64,000 bases of DNA. It comes from Bacteroidota bacterium. GTDB taxonomy: Bacteria > Bacteroidota > Bacteroidia > JABEUT01. Shown here in pieces: positions 50,227 through 59,396 of the stretch. Numbering within the stretch: the stretch's first letter is position 1; each line of letters begins with the position of its first letter. A program made the translations under genes and the position numbers. Under the pieces are notes generated by a model, which was not told where the DNA came from, ran no database searches, and was given only the letters and a program-made list of their open reading frames with translations. The stretch covers positions 3,480 through 67,479 of the forward strand of contig JABDCH010000001.1 in assembly GCA_013288205.1 (NCBI GenBank), in the 5' to 3' direction.

Positions 50227-51342
50227 TTAGAATTTTATATTTTTTCTTCGGTTATGTTGGTAATCTTCAAAAATCATTTGTCCCAATCCTTTCAATCCGG
50301 TGTAAAAAGCCTTGCCCTGGTTGGCTGCCGTAAACTCCTGCACAAAGCGTTGCAGATTAGGGTCACGGGCAATCATAAATGTAGTAATGGGGATGTGCAA
50401 TTTGCGAGCCTGTTGCGCAGCCAAATAGCATTGGTCTACTATACGCTGGTCAAGCCCTACGGAATTATAATAATAGGTTCCATCAGCGTTACGCAGGCAG
50501 CTTGGCTTGCCATCGGTTATCATAAATATCTGCTTGTTGGTGTTGCGCTTGCGCCGCAATATATCCATAGCCAGTTGCAAGCCTGCAACGGTGTTGGTAT
50601 GATAGGGGCCTACCTGCAAATAAGGTAAATCTTTCACCTCAATGGGCCAGGCATCGTCACCAAAAGCTATAATGTCGAGTGTATCTTTCGGGTAGCGGGT
50701 TTTGATGAGTTCGGCCATAGCCATAGCTACCTTCTTAGCAGGCGTTATACGGTCTTCACCATATAATATCATGCTGTGGCTTACATCGATCATTAGCACG
50801 GTGCTCATCTGCGAATTGTGGTAATTGTCTTCCACCACCACATCTTTCTCAAACAGTTGAAAGGAATCTATACCATTTGCAACCTGCGCATTCTTCAGGC
50901 TTTCGGTCATAGCTATTTGTTCCAGCCCGTCGCCAAACCTGAATTCACGCAACTCACCCGTGTGTTCATCGCCTTGCCCGGTATAATTGGTACGGTGATT
51001 ACCTGCACCCGACCTTTTCAGGCTACCGAAAATTTGTTCCAAAGCAGCCTGACGTATGGCACGTTCCATTTTCTCAGTGAGCCCCATGCCGCCCTTTCCA
51101 TCGGGTTTAATCTCTTCCCGCAGGTAGCCTTTCTTTTTTAAGTCTTCAATAAAATCTTCAATGGTATATTCGGGTGTGGTGAGCTCATACTCCTTATCGA
51201 GTTCGCGCAGCCAGTTGATGGCTTCATCAAAATCGCCGGAGGTGTGGACAATCAGCTCCTTGAAAACAGCAAACAGCTTTTCAAAAGGTGACTCATCCTC
51301 GGCTTTATATTGTTTAAACTGAAATCCTTTACGCAACATCAT
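50227..51342 (-). CDS. von Willebrand factor A (vWA) domain protein
   Basis: MIDAS motif VLMIDVSHSM (DxSxS). Downstream ..ITDG.. and a conserved Thr/Asp. 16 bp upstream of the AAA+ gene on the same strand. Confidence 0.75.
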   Translation of the reverse strand: MMLRKGFQFKQYKAEDESPFEKLFAVFKELIVHTSGDFDEAINWLRELDKEYELTTPEYTIEDFIEDLKKKGYLREEIKPDGKGGMGLTEKMERAIRQAALEQIFGSLKRSGAGNHRTNYTGQGDEHTGELREFRFGDGLEQIAMTESLKNAQVANGIDSFQLFEKDVVVEDNYHNSQMSTVLMIDVSHSMILYGEDRITPAKKVAMAMAELIKTRYPKDTLDIIAFGDDAWPIEVKDLPYLQVGPYHTNTVAGLQLAMDILRRKRNTNKQIFMITDGKPSCLRNADGTYYYNSVGLDQRIVDQCYLAAQQARKLHIPITTFMIARDPNLQRFVQEFTAANQGKAFYTGLKGLGQMIFEDYQHNRRKNIKF

Positions 51343-51482
51343 AGGCTATTGTATTACCTTTCAAATATAGTAAATAGAATTAGGAACTTATTCGCGGAGT
51401 AACCGTGACAATTTACAGACGTTCGTATGAACAGATTATTTTGGGAGTGTTTTTGCTAATGTGCCGAAAAAAACGGGTATTC

Positions 51483-53225
51483 CTAGTGCTGTACTATCAT
51501 TTTCCCTTGTCCTATTAAATTACCTGTTGGAGTAATAACCCTATATAGATAGATTCCGTTTGGTTGATTGGAAAGATTAATGATATTGTCACCCTGAACT
51601 TGTTTCAGGGTCGCACCATACACTATTTCTCCCAACATATTGTAAACTTCTATATTACTTTTTTCATTTTCCATATTCAACTTTCCACTTTCAACTATGG
51701 TGAATTCTCCATTGCTTGGGTTGGGATATAAAAGAACACTGGGCTTTTGTAAGGTGGAAATGGAAGGTACTCCATCCTGTTCCCCACAGTTTTGCCAACG
51801 GGCAACATAGGGTACTTCACCTGGTGGAGTCAAGGTATCAGCAGCGCAAAATATGGTATCAGACACGATAGTGCTTGCGGGATAAACATATACACCACTT
51901 TTATCTGTAGCAATTGAAACATAAGCTTTGGCACCATTAAAAAGTAGTGAACCACATATCGCATTACCACCAGTATCAAATTTTATTACAAATGAATTTC
52001 CTTCAGAGTTTTGGGGAGAATTTAAAGTGAATTTTCCAAAAGTAATGCTATCTCTTCCTCCTCCGCCTGCTAAATATATATGGTTGTATTCGTCAGAAGA
52101 AAGCGAATATCCGGTATAATAAGCGGCTGAATTGGGGGGATAGGGGGCGCCTGCACTCTTTGCCCATATTACATTTCCGTTTGCACTGTATTTCACAAAA
52201 AATAATCCGCCACCCACCAATGTATGATTTCCAAAAGAAACAGTATCAGTGAATGCCCCGGTAAGATATACATTTCCGGCATTATCGGTAGTTACGCCAT
52301 ACCCGATAGCACTGTTTCCTGCAGAGGGGATATTAGACTGTCGTGCCCAAAGTACATTTCCACTAGGGTCGTATTTTACGAGAAAAACTTGCCCCATCCA
52401 ATAATTATACAGAATTGGAGAAGTTAACGTATACTTGCCAAAAGTTATCGAATCGTTATAAGAACCTGCAATAAATGAATTTCCATTTAAATCCGTTGCT
52501 ACAGAATAACTTTTATTGGTGAGGCCTCCGGTATGAGTTATACAGGTACCTTGCTTTGCCCATAAAACATTACCATTACTATCATATTTAGCCGTGAAAA
52601 TATTGTAGTTTGTATTATTGGAATTCAACAAAGTAGTTGCGCCAAATTTAAGCGTGTCGAGAAAGTAGCCGGAAATAAAAACATTTTTTGACCTGTCTGT
52701 AGCTAATGCAGTTGAAGTTGTAGAAGCGTAAAAAACAGAATTAGTATTTTCACCAACACCTACTGTTGTCCATAATATATTCCCATTATTGTCGCATTTT
52801 GCCAAAAAGAAATCGCCACCATATGTTGAATAATTATAAGACCCCATTTTAATATTAAAATCAAACCCGCCCGCAACTATTAAATTATTTGAAGCATCTG
52901 TAACAACCGATGAAGCGAAACACCCATTCCCGGGAGAAAAAAATTGTTTTACCCATTGTACATTTCCCGCAGAATTATATTTCATATAATATGCTCCATC
53001 TGATTCAGCATACATGGAGTCTTGCACGGTATCTTTACCAAATGAAACTTCCCAATGAAAAGGTCCTGCTAAAAAAGCATTCCCATTAGCATCTGTTGCG
53101 ACAGAAATTGTTGATATTAGCTTCAAATCTTTCATGTGCGCCTGGCCGCCCCACAGCCAGTTTTGCCCAAAGGAAAATGAAGCACTAAAAATGAAGAACA
53201 GGAGTAATAATTTTACTTTTTTCAT
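51483..53225 (-). CDS. SBBP-type beta-propeller repeat protein with T9SS type-A C-terminal sorting domain
   Basis: Signal peptide MKKVKLLLLFFIFSASFSFGQ (internal Met; the ORF track extends to 53264). Repeats ..DANGNAFLAGPF....GNVQWVKQ. C-terminal LLYPNPSNGEFTIVESGKLNMENEKSNIEVYNMLGEIVYG...GIYLYRV. Confidence 0.85.
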   Translation of the reverse strand: MKKVKLLLLFFIFSASFSFGQNWLWGGQAHMKDLKLISTISVATDANGNAFLAGPFHWEVSFGKDTVQDSMYAESDGAYYMKYNSAGNVQWVKQFFSPGNGCFASSVVTDASNNLIVAGGFDFNIKMGSYNYSTYGGDFFLAKCDNNGNILWTTVGVGENTNSVFYASTTSTALATDRSKNVFISGYFLDTLKFGATTLLNSNNTNYNIFTAKYDSNGNVLWAKQGTCITHTGGLTNKSYSVATDLNGNSFIAGSYNDSITFGKYTLTSPILYNYWMGQVFLVKYDPSGNVLWARQSNIPSAGNSAIGYGVTTDNAGNVYLTGAFTDTVSFGNHTLVGGGLFFVKYSANGNVIWAKSAGAPYPPNSAAYYTGYSLSSDEYNHIYLAGGGGRDSITFGKFTLNSPQNSEGNSFVIKFDTGGNAICGSLLFNGAKAYVSIATDKSGVYVYPASTIVSDTIFCAADTLTPPGEVPYVARWQNCGEQDGVPSISTLQKPSVLLYPNPSNGEFTIVESGKLNMENEKSNIEVYNMLGEIVYGATLKQVQGDNIINLSNQPNGIYLYRVITPTGNLIGQGKMIVQH

Positions 53226-53312
53226 GATCTGTTGATATTCTTTGTACAAATATACAAAAACCACTCACCTACCTCAATCCATCCTTCACTTGTGGTGATT
53301 AACTCAAGCCAA

Positions 53313-54962
53313 CTACCTATTCCCCATTATCAAAAGTTTGCGCACCGATATACCCGCATCGCTTTGTACACGCAATGTATATATCCCCGAAGCTAGGCTT
53401 CCAAGATTTAACTGCTCCGAATGATGCCCGGTGTTTATTCCTTTTTGTTCGGTATAAACTTGCTGCCCGAGTTCGTTTATAATAGTGATACTAACATTAT
53501 CATTTCCGTCAATAATATAATTCAAGGTAAATACGCCGTTACTTGGATTAGGATACACATTCAAATTAGTGATGTTATTGTCCAGTGTAGTAACACCCAA
53601 TAACGTTCCGGTATTAAACCCATTAGAGAACCCGCCTGAAAGCAATGAAATGGAAGCCTTGCCGGGTTTGTGTGTAGTGGGTACGCAAGGTCCATTAGGA
53701 CTGACTGCTTCTACCACATAATAGGAACCCACGGGAGGATTATTATCGGTATAGGTAAGTATATAATTGGCAACCGAATCAATAGCTTTAAGTTTACTCA
53801 GGGAAGGCCCCCGGTAAATCATATACTGGGTAGGGGTAAATCCTACATAAGCAGTCCAATTCAATATATATGAATTATGGCCTGCCGTAGTAGTAAGGTA
53901 AATACTGATGTGCGATTGACTCAATGCTGATTCGCCACAGGAATCAACGGTAGTTATTTCATACGTCACAGGCCCTGCCGAAGGGTTTGAATTGGGGTCG
54001 ATGTATTCACTCAACACATTCAAAGCCTGGCTGTGTACTAAAACCGGCAGATTATTATTCTCCCTGTATATGTTAAAATAGCCATACCCTGCTGCTGGTG
54101 GAGAACTATTTCTTCCCCAGATTATTTCACATTTGTTTGTTGCCGTATCAAGGGTTACGATACAAATGGGTTGATTATATGAATTAAAACAAGAACAATT
54201 AACAGCAACCAGAGCGCCCATGGAATCTCGGCAGCCTGCATTATCCGTAACATTACACGTATAATAAGCAGGACATAAGGCAGATGCACTTGTTGCAGTT
54301 ACGCCATTAGACCAAAGATAGGTATAGGGAAGAACACCTCCGGATACCATTGCTGCTACTGTACCTGTACATGGGGTCAGGCAGGAAGGAGTTGCAAAAA
54401 CTGCAACAAAAGGGGCAGCGGTGCCACCTACGGTTGCTGTGGCAGTTGCACTACAACCCTCCTCATCGGCTACAGAACATGTATAGGTACCGGGAGGTAA
54501 ATTGGAAACACTAGTAGTAACCTGCTGCATGGGAGCCCAGAAGTAAGCATACTGAGGCGTTCCTCCCGAGGCAACAACTGTTGCTGTTCCATTCGGATTC
54601 AGGCAACTGGTATTGTTAGTAGTTGAAATGGTAGCTGTTAAAACACTTGGCTGGGTGATAGTAACCGATGTGCTGGCTGTGTTAGACAATGCGTCAGTAA
54701 CTGTAACGGTGTAGGTTCCTGCAGTAAGGTTTATAACCATATATCCCGATTGCGTAGGAGTAGTTGACCATACATAGTTATATGGCGTTGTGCCCCCGGT
54801 AGCTGTCGCAGTAGCATTACCATTGCTCTGTCCGTTGCACCCTTGTACATTTGTTTGATTTGTTATGGTTACCTTGAGAGGAGTTGCTTTAACCTGATTA
54901 AAGAAGAGGGGAATTATTAATACAAACAAAAAAGCACGTAATACGATAGCAGTATTTTTCAT
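53313..54962 (-). CDS. SprB-repeat cell-surface protein with T9SS type-A C-terminal sorting domain
   Basis: Signal peptide. SprB-type repeats (CNGQSNGNATATATGGTTPYNYVWSTTP...GTYTVTVTDALSN; CLNPNGTATVVASGGTPQYAYFWAP...GTYTCSVADEEGC). C-terminal LNVYPNPSNGVFTLNY...ITIINELGQQVY...GIYTLRVQ. Confidence 0.85.
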   Translation of the reverse strand: MKNTAIVLRAFLFVLIIPLFFNQVKATPLKVTITNQTNVQGCNGQSNGNATATATGGTTPYNYVWSTTPTQSGYMVINLTAGTYTVTVTDALSNTASTSVTITQPSVLTATISTTNNTSCLNPNGTATVVASGGTPQYAYFWAPMQQVTTSVSNLPPGTYTCSVADEEGCSATATATVGGTAAPFVAVFATPSCLTPCTGTVAAMVSGGVLPYTYLWSNGVTATSASALCPAYYTCNVTDNAGCRDSMGALVAVNCSCFNSYNQPICIVTLDTATNKCEIIWGRNSSPPAAGYGYFNIYRENNNLPVLVHSQALNVLSEYIDPNSNPSAGPVTYEITTVDSCGESALSQSHISIYLTTTAGHNSYILNWTAYVGFTPTQYMIYRGPSLSKLKAIDSVANYILTYTDNNPPVGSYYVVEAVSPNGPCVPTTHKPGKASISLLSGGFSNGFNTGTLLGVTTLDNNITNLNVYPNPSNGVFTLNYIIDGNDNVSITIINELGQQVYTEQKGINTGHHSEQLNLGSLASGIYTLRVQSDAGISVRKLLIMGNR

Positions 54963-55373
54963 AATGGAACTGTTAAATAATTATTATTCAGATACAAATA
55001 TATTAATTTATAGGAGAGAAACAAGAAAGCAAACAAAAAACTCATAATAGCCATGCCACTCACCTATTCTAATCCGTCGTTCACCGACGTGGTTCTTTCA
55101 ATTACCTAATTCCGGTAGGAACAGGTGGCATTGCCATATACTTTTGTTACGTAATATTAAATAAGAAGATTAAAAAATTAAAACATATATCATTATGAAC
55201 GCATTAAGCATCAACAGGGGAAACTTCCTCACATACTATTGGGAAGAACTGAAAAGAATGGCCAAAAACTTCGTGAAAATATACGATGAATTTATGAATG
55301 GAGCATTTGCGAATGAACCAACGAAAGAGCCTCTCAACGCAACGGAGGAACCTGAAGAACTCCCGAAATATCT

Positions 55374-55667
55374 TTGGATATGAAACCTGAGAACTGCGAA
55401 GAGCAACCGGGCAGGCTAATGCCGGTGGTCGATTTAAATAAGTGCGAAGCCCAGGGCCCTTGCATTATGGAATGCCCCCATGATGTGTTCGACTTAAAAG
55501 CCATAAGCCGGGAGGAATATGACAAACTAGGGTTTACAGGAAAACTGAAAACTCTTGTCCACGGAAGAGAAAAGGCGCACGTAGTAAAACCCAATCAATG
55601 CCATGCCTGCGGATTGTGCGTGACGGGATGCCCTGAAAAAGCGATTAAACTAACCCGGGTAGCCTAA
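55374..55667 (+). CDS. 4Fe-4S ferredoxin-type protein
   Basis: Cys clusters CIMECPHDVF and CHACGLCVTGCPEKAI. Confidence 0.65.
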   Translation: MDMKPENCEEQPGRLMPVVDLNKCEAQGPCIMECPHDVFDLKAISREEYDKLGFTGKLKTLVHGREKAHVVKPNQCHACGLCVTGCPEKAIKLTRVA

Positions 55668-55728
55668 TATAATTTGGTAATTTGATGATTTGGTAATTTG
55701 ATGATTAGAATATACTTTTCACCGAATA

Positions 55729-56295
55729 TCAGCTCTTGCGTACCAAAGGTATTTGCAAATTAGTAGGGCGATTTTCTTCCTTATCGAAACCACGACCATC
55801 TACATTGCGTGCTCCCCAAAACATCATGTTATTGAAAAGATATATCAAATCGTATTCGGCAAACAGTTGCCCTTCTGCCAGTCCAAAAGGTAGAAAAGCT
55901 TTTTTAAATATGCTTTGCTCTTTCCCAACTTCCCAGGTATCATAGCCTTTGGTAAACTGGTTCATGGCATCGGCAAAAGCTGGCAATAACGGGGTTAGTA
56001 CGTATTGTTCATCGGCTTTAAAATCTACTTTATAAGCTCCTTCCGCTATGGGATGAGGACCTTTCCATTCCATGTGGCCACGAATAAACATCTTGGCAAG
56101 AGGAACCTTACCGTATGCGTCGGCATTGGTGGTTACAGTCAGTTCAAATATATCGCCGGGCATGTATTTAAATTGCCTCGTAAGGTAAAAGGGCTTCAAG
56201 CTTCCGTCGGCATTTTTGGTACTGCTGGGGCGTATTTCAGGAGCTATACTTACCCAATCTCCTACTATTAATTCTTTAATTTCTTCCGGTGTCAT
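55729..56295 (-). CDS. Hypothetical protein
   Basis: 188-aa ORF with good coding appearance. No motif recognised. Confidence 0.4.
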   Translation of the reverse strand: MTPEEIKELIVGDWVSIAPEIRPSSTKNADGSLKPFYLTRQFKYMPGDIFELTVTTNADAYGKVPLAKMFIRGHMEWKGPHPIAEGAYKVDFKADEQYVLTPLLPAFADAMNQFTKGYDTWEVGKEQSIFKKAFLPFGLAEGQLFAEYDLIYLFNNMMFWGARNVDGRGFDKEENRPTNLQIPLVRKS

Positions 56296-56352
56296 GATGA
56301 AACAGTTTAGAAAACAAAACTACAAGAAAAAGATAGAAACAAGTAGAAACAA

Positions 56353-56820
56353 TTACGAATGCATGCACAGGTTGCTCACAGCAAAAACAAACACCCAGGC
56401 TATAAAGAGTATCTGCAAAGGAATGCGAAACCATAAATAGCCCATTCCTTTTCCTTCGTAGGTTGCCTTTTCATAATCGATATGCTTCTTAGCAGCATTT
56501 ATATTCGCCGGAAGCATCAGCACAAAAATGACGATCAATAGTATTCCGCTTGTGAAACGCAATGAAGGAAACAACAGTCCTATTCCCAATATAATTTCCA
56601 ATATGCCGGTAAAATAGACCATTAACTTTTTCATGGGAATAAACGACGGCATCATCATAGCCATACCGTTGGTGAACATAAAGTGCCCTAGTGATGTAAA
56701 ACACAACATAACAGCCATTGCCAAGTTACCGCTGAAAACAAAGTTCGAGCCGCCCATTGCTAGTTTTGAAACAGCAACAGCCAGCACAAATGTTACCAGT
56801 AATATCACTAAGGGTTTCAT
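56353..56820 (-). CDS. DoxX-like integral membrane protein
   Basis: 155 aa, four hydrophobic helices, and a small size typical of the DoxX/YphA family. Confidence 0.5.
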   Translation of the reverse strand: MKPLVILLVTFVLAVAVSKLAMGGSNFVFSGNLAMAVMLCFTSLGHFMFTNGMAMMMPSFIPMKKLMVYFTGILEIILGIGLLFPSLRFTSGILLIVIFVLMLPANINAAKKHIDYEKATYEGKGMGYLWFRIPLQILFIAWVFVFAVSNLCMHS

Positions 56821-56843
56821 AAATCAAATATAGTATAAAATAC

Positions 56844-57221
56844 TTATTTCCCCACCTTATCAATAGGCCGGAACCGAAGTGCGCTCCAGGTGTCGTCGAT
56901 AGATATGGCTGTTACCGTAGTTATGCCATATTCTTCGCCCGTCACGCGAACAATGTCGCGGTTGATATCGGTTACTTTCTTGGAACTGCCTTTAGGGTAA
57001 GCAAACCACAGCACACTATCGTGCTCCACATTTTTAAGAAAGGATTTTAAGAAATCGGTAAATTGTTTTTTATCGTTGATGAAGACAAGGGTGTTGGTGC
57101 TTTTGGTTTTATCGAACGCAGATTTAAAACCGAGCTTTACAAACTCTCTCTCTATTTCGGAAGGAGCATTGATTATAACACCTTTATCTTTGAATTTAAG
57201 TTTGGCTATTACTTCTTTCAT
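56844..57221 (-). CDS. Hypothetical protein
   Basis: 125-aa ORF, 23 bp from the upstream-encoded membrane gene. No motif recognised. Confidence 0.4.
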   Translation of the reverse strand: MKEVIAKLKFKDKGVIINAPSEIEREFVKLGFKSAFDKTKSTNTLVFINDKKQFTDFLKSFLKNVEHDSVLWFAYPKGSSKKVTDINRDIVRVTGEEYGITTVTAISIDDTWSALRFRPIDKVGK

Positions 57222-57287
57222 GCTAATTATTTATAGTAATTCAAAGATACAGGATAATTTATAATTTTGCTTAGCTAAAGCAGACCT

Positions 57288-57665
57288 GTGCATTTTATAT
57301 TACATTTTATAAAAAAGATACTATCTTATTTTGTTTTACTCTGGTTTGCCACATGCCAGTTTGACCCTTATGCCGATAAACTTTGTGTTATTCAACCTAG
57401 TATCCACGATATCGTAGGCAAGTATCGTTTTCAATTTCAAACAGTGGACGCCGATGCAAAAGATTCCACCTTTTTTAATGCCACCATCGTTCTGGATGAC
57501 TCGCTGAACTACACTGCAACAAATATTCCTGATTTCATACAGGATCAATACAGCGGCAGGATAAATAAAAAAGGACATTGGAGAATGGCAACAGTGGGCG
57601 GTACTACTGGCCCCAACGGCAAAGACGAAAATGTTTTTGGAATAATATTAGATTCAATGCCTTAG
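57288..57665 (+). CDS. Hypothetical protein (the start may be further downstream)
   Basis: 125-aa ORF. Weak support only. Confidence 0.3.
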   Translation: MHFILHFIKKILSYFVLLWFATCQFDPYADKLCVIQPSIHDIVGKYRFQFQTVDADAKDSTFFNATIVLDDSLNYTATNIPDFIQDQYSGRINKKGHWRMATVGGTTGPNGKDENVFGIILDSMP

Positions 57666-57817
57666 GAGCTTGAAACAATCAGTTTGATGAACAATTCTTC
57701 ACCTCGCCAATTACTAATTAGTTTTGGGGACCCGGATGGAGGCAAGGTGATTGTATTAAAGAAAGAAATACCTGATAAACCCATATAATAATCTAATTAA
57801 GACCAAGCATAGCCAAT

Positions 57818-58816
57818 TTACACCGCATCAACCGCTTCCTTATTGTACTTATTTCTATATTCTAAAGGCGACATACCCGTAATTTTCCTAAACACTTCGC
57901 GGAACGCTTTCATATCCGAATAGCCTACTTCGTACATTACTTCATGGATATTTTTCCGGGTAGATTCGAAGGCCCGTTTAGCTGATTCCATTTTTACCCG
58001 CTGCGAATATTCCAATGGCGTGTTGCCGGTTGCCTTAATAAATCTCCGGTCGAAATTACGCCTGCCTACCGCAAAGTGCGACGATAATTCTTCCACCGAT
58101 ATTTTTCCCTCCAGTTTATTTTCGATATAGTGTTGGGCCCTTTTCACCATTTCATCTTCATGCCGCTTTTGCCCGGTAAATATGGCAAATACCGACTGGC
58201 TATTTCTATCCATTTCAACCTGGAATTCTTTGGCGCAAACAATCGCCGTTTCCCTGTCATAATATTTCTCTACCAGGTATATCAACAGGTTCAGAAAAGA
58301 ATATGCTCCCCCGTTGGTGTAAATACCATTTTCATCCGTAATCAATTTATCCGCTTGTAAATTTACATGGGGAAACAAACTTCTGAACGCATCGGCAAAA
58401 GCCCAATGCGTGGAGCATGTTTTTCCATCCAGTATACCTGTAGATGCCAGCATAAAGGCACCACTGCACATACTGGCCACTTCAGCTCCACCTCTATATT
58501 GTTTTGCAATCCAATCAATCATTATTCTATTCCCTTCCGTCGCTTTTTCATAACTACGAAAAGAGGTAGAAGGAATAATGATAAGATTAGTTTTGGTTAT
58601 ATCTGAAATGCGAGCCTGTGGCTTCATGGTAAACAGGCCCTCATAAAATTCTGCTTTTTTTGAAACACCTGCCGTTTCTATGGTGAATAATTCTTTTTTC
58701 CCTGCGCTCTTCCAGTGTGCATTGGCTATTTCGAACATATCATAAGTTCCTGTTATGCACGAAATGGTACTAAGGTTGGTTTGCCCGTCCGGAACTAAAA
58801 TAGTGAGGTGTTTCAT
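57818..58816 (-). CDS. GlxA-type AraC-family transcriptional regulator (DJ-1/PfpI-like N-domain + AraC HTH)
   Basis: N-terminal class-I glutamine amidotransferase-like region with nucleophile-elbow Cys (VASMCSGAFMLA). C-terminal HTH ...ISVEELSSHFAVGRRNFDRRFIKATGNTPLEY...KITGMSPLEYRNKY. Confidence 0.85.
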   Translation of the reverse strand: MKHLTILVPDGQTNLSTISCITGTYDMFEIANAHWKSAGKKELFTIETAGVSKKAEFYEGLFTMKPQARISDITKTNLIIIPSTSFRSYEKATEGNRIMIDWIAKQYRGGAEVASMCSGAFMLASTGILDGKTCSTHWAFADAFRSLFPHVNLQADKLITDENGIYTNGGAYSFLNLLIYLVEKYYDRETAIVCAKEFQVEMDRNSQSVFAIFTGQKRHEDEMVKRAQHYIENKLEGKISVEELSSHFAVGRRNFDRRFIKATGNTPLEYSQRVKMESAKRAFESTRKNIHEVMYEVGYSDMKAFREVFRKITGMSPLEYRNKYNKEAVDAV

Positions 58817-59016
58817 AACAAATAATTTCTACAAAGATAGGAATTTATATTGTCCAAATCAACCCCTTAAGGTGTCTATTTCACACCCTGCACCGGTCAT
58901 AACTAAACAAGGCTTTTATTCCACCAGTTTCTAAATTCATAAAATGAATACCCCCGTTGTCCAATTTCTTATATTTCGATCCTCGTTAGGGGATAAACAA
59001 TTAATAAACCTAAAAA

Positions 59017-59358
59017 ATGGAAGAATTCGCATTAGTTTTCAGGCAACCTTCGGGTAGTGGACTACCTACACCGGAACAAAATAAAGAAATGAGGTCTAAA
59101 TGGGACAATTGGATTGGCGACATTGCCGCACAAGGTAAATACATTGGCGCCAAACGGCTGGCATACACCGGAAAAGTATTAAAGGCAAGTGGAGTTATTA
59201 CCGATGGCCCATTTGTTGAGATAAAGGAACAATTGGGTGGCTTTATCAGCGTAAGGGCTGAAAACATTGACGAGGCAACCACATTGGCCCACGGCTGCCC
59301 CATATTTCTGTTAGGAGGCAATGTTGAAATCAGACAGGAGATTCCTAGTAACAGCTAA
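59017..59358 (+). CDS. YciI-like (YCII-related) small alpha/beta protein
   Basis: 113 aa. MEEFALVFRQ...GKYIGAKRL...GGFISVRAENIDEATTLAHGCP matches the YCII domain pattern. Confidence 0.7.
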   Translation: MEEFALVFRQPSGSGLPTPEQNKEMRSKWDNWIGDIAAQGKYIGAKRLAYTGKVLKASGVITDGPFVEIKEQLGGFISVRAENIDEATTLAHGCPIFLLGGNVEIRQEIPSNS

Positions 59359-59396
59359 AACACAAATTTAGTCTTTCAAACCCACGGTGTGATGCT

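Noticed and set aside
55195-55383. 62-aa ORF overlapping the start of the ferredoxin gene.
   Set aside because: No motif. It may be real (ATGA-coupled to the ferredoxin) but evidence is insufficient, so it is not listed as a feature.
55660-55710. Short tandem duplication tttggtaatttgatga x2 downstream of the ferredoxin gene.
   Set aside because: Only two copies of a 16-mer in an AT-rich spacer. Most likely a slippage duplication without function.
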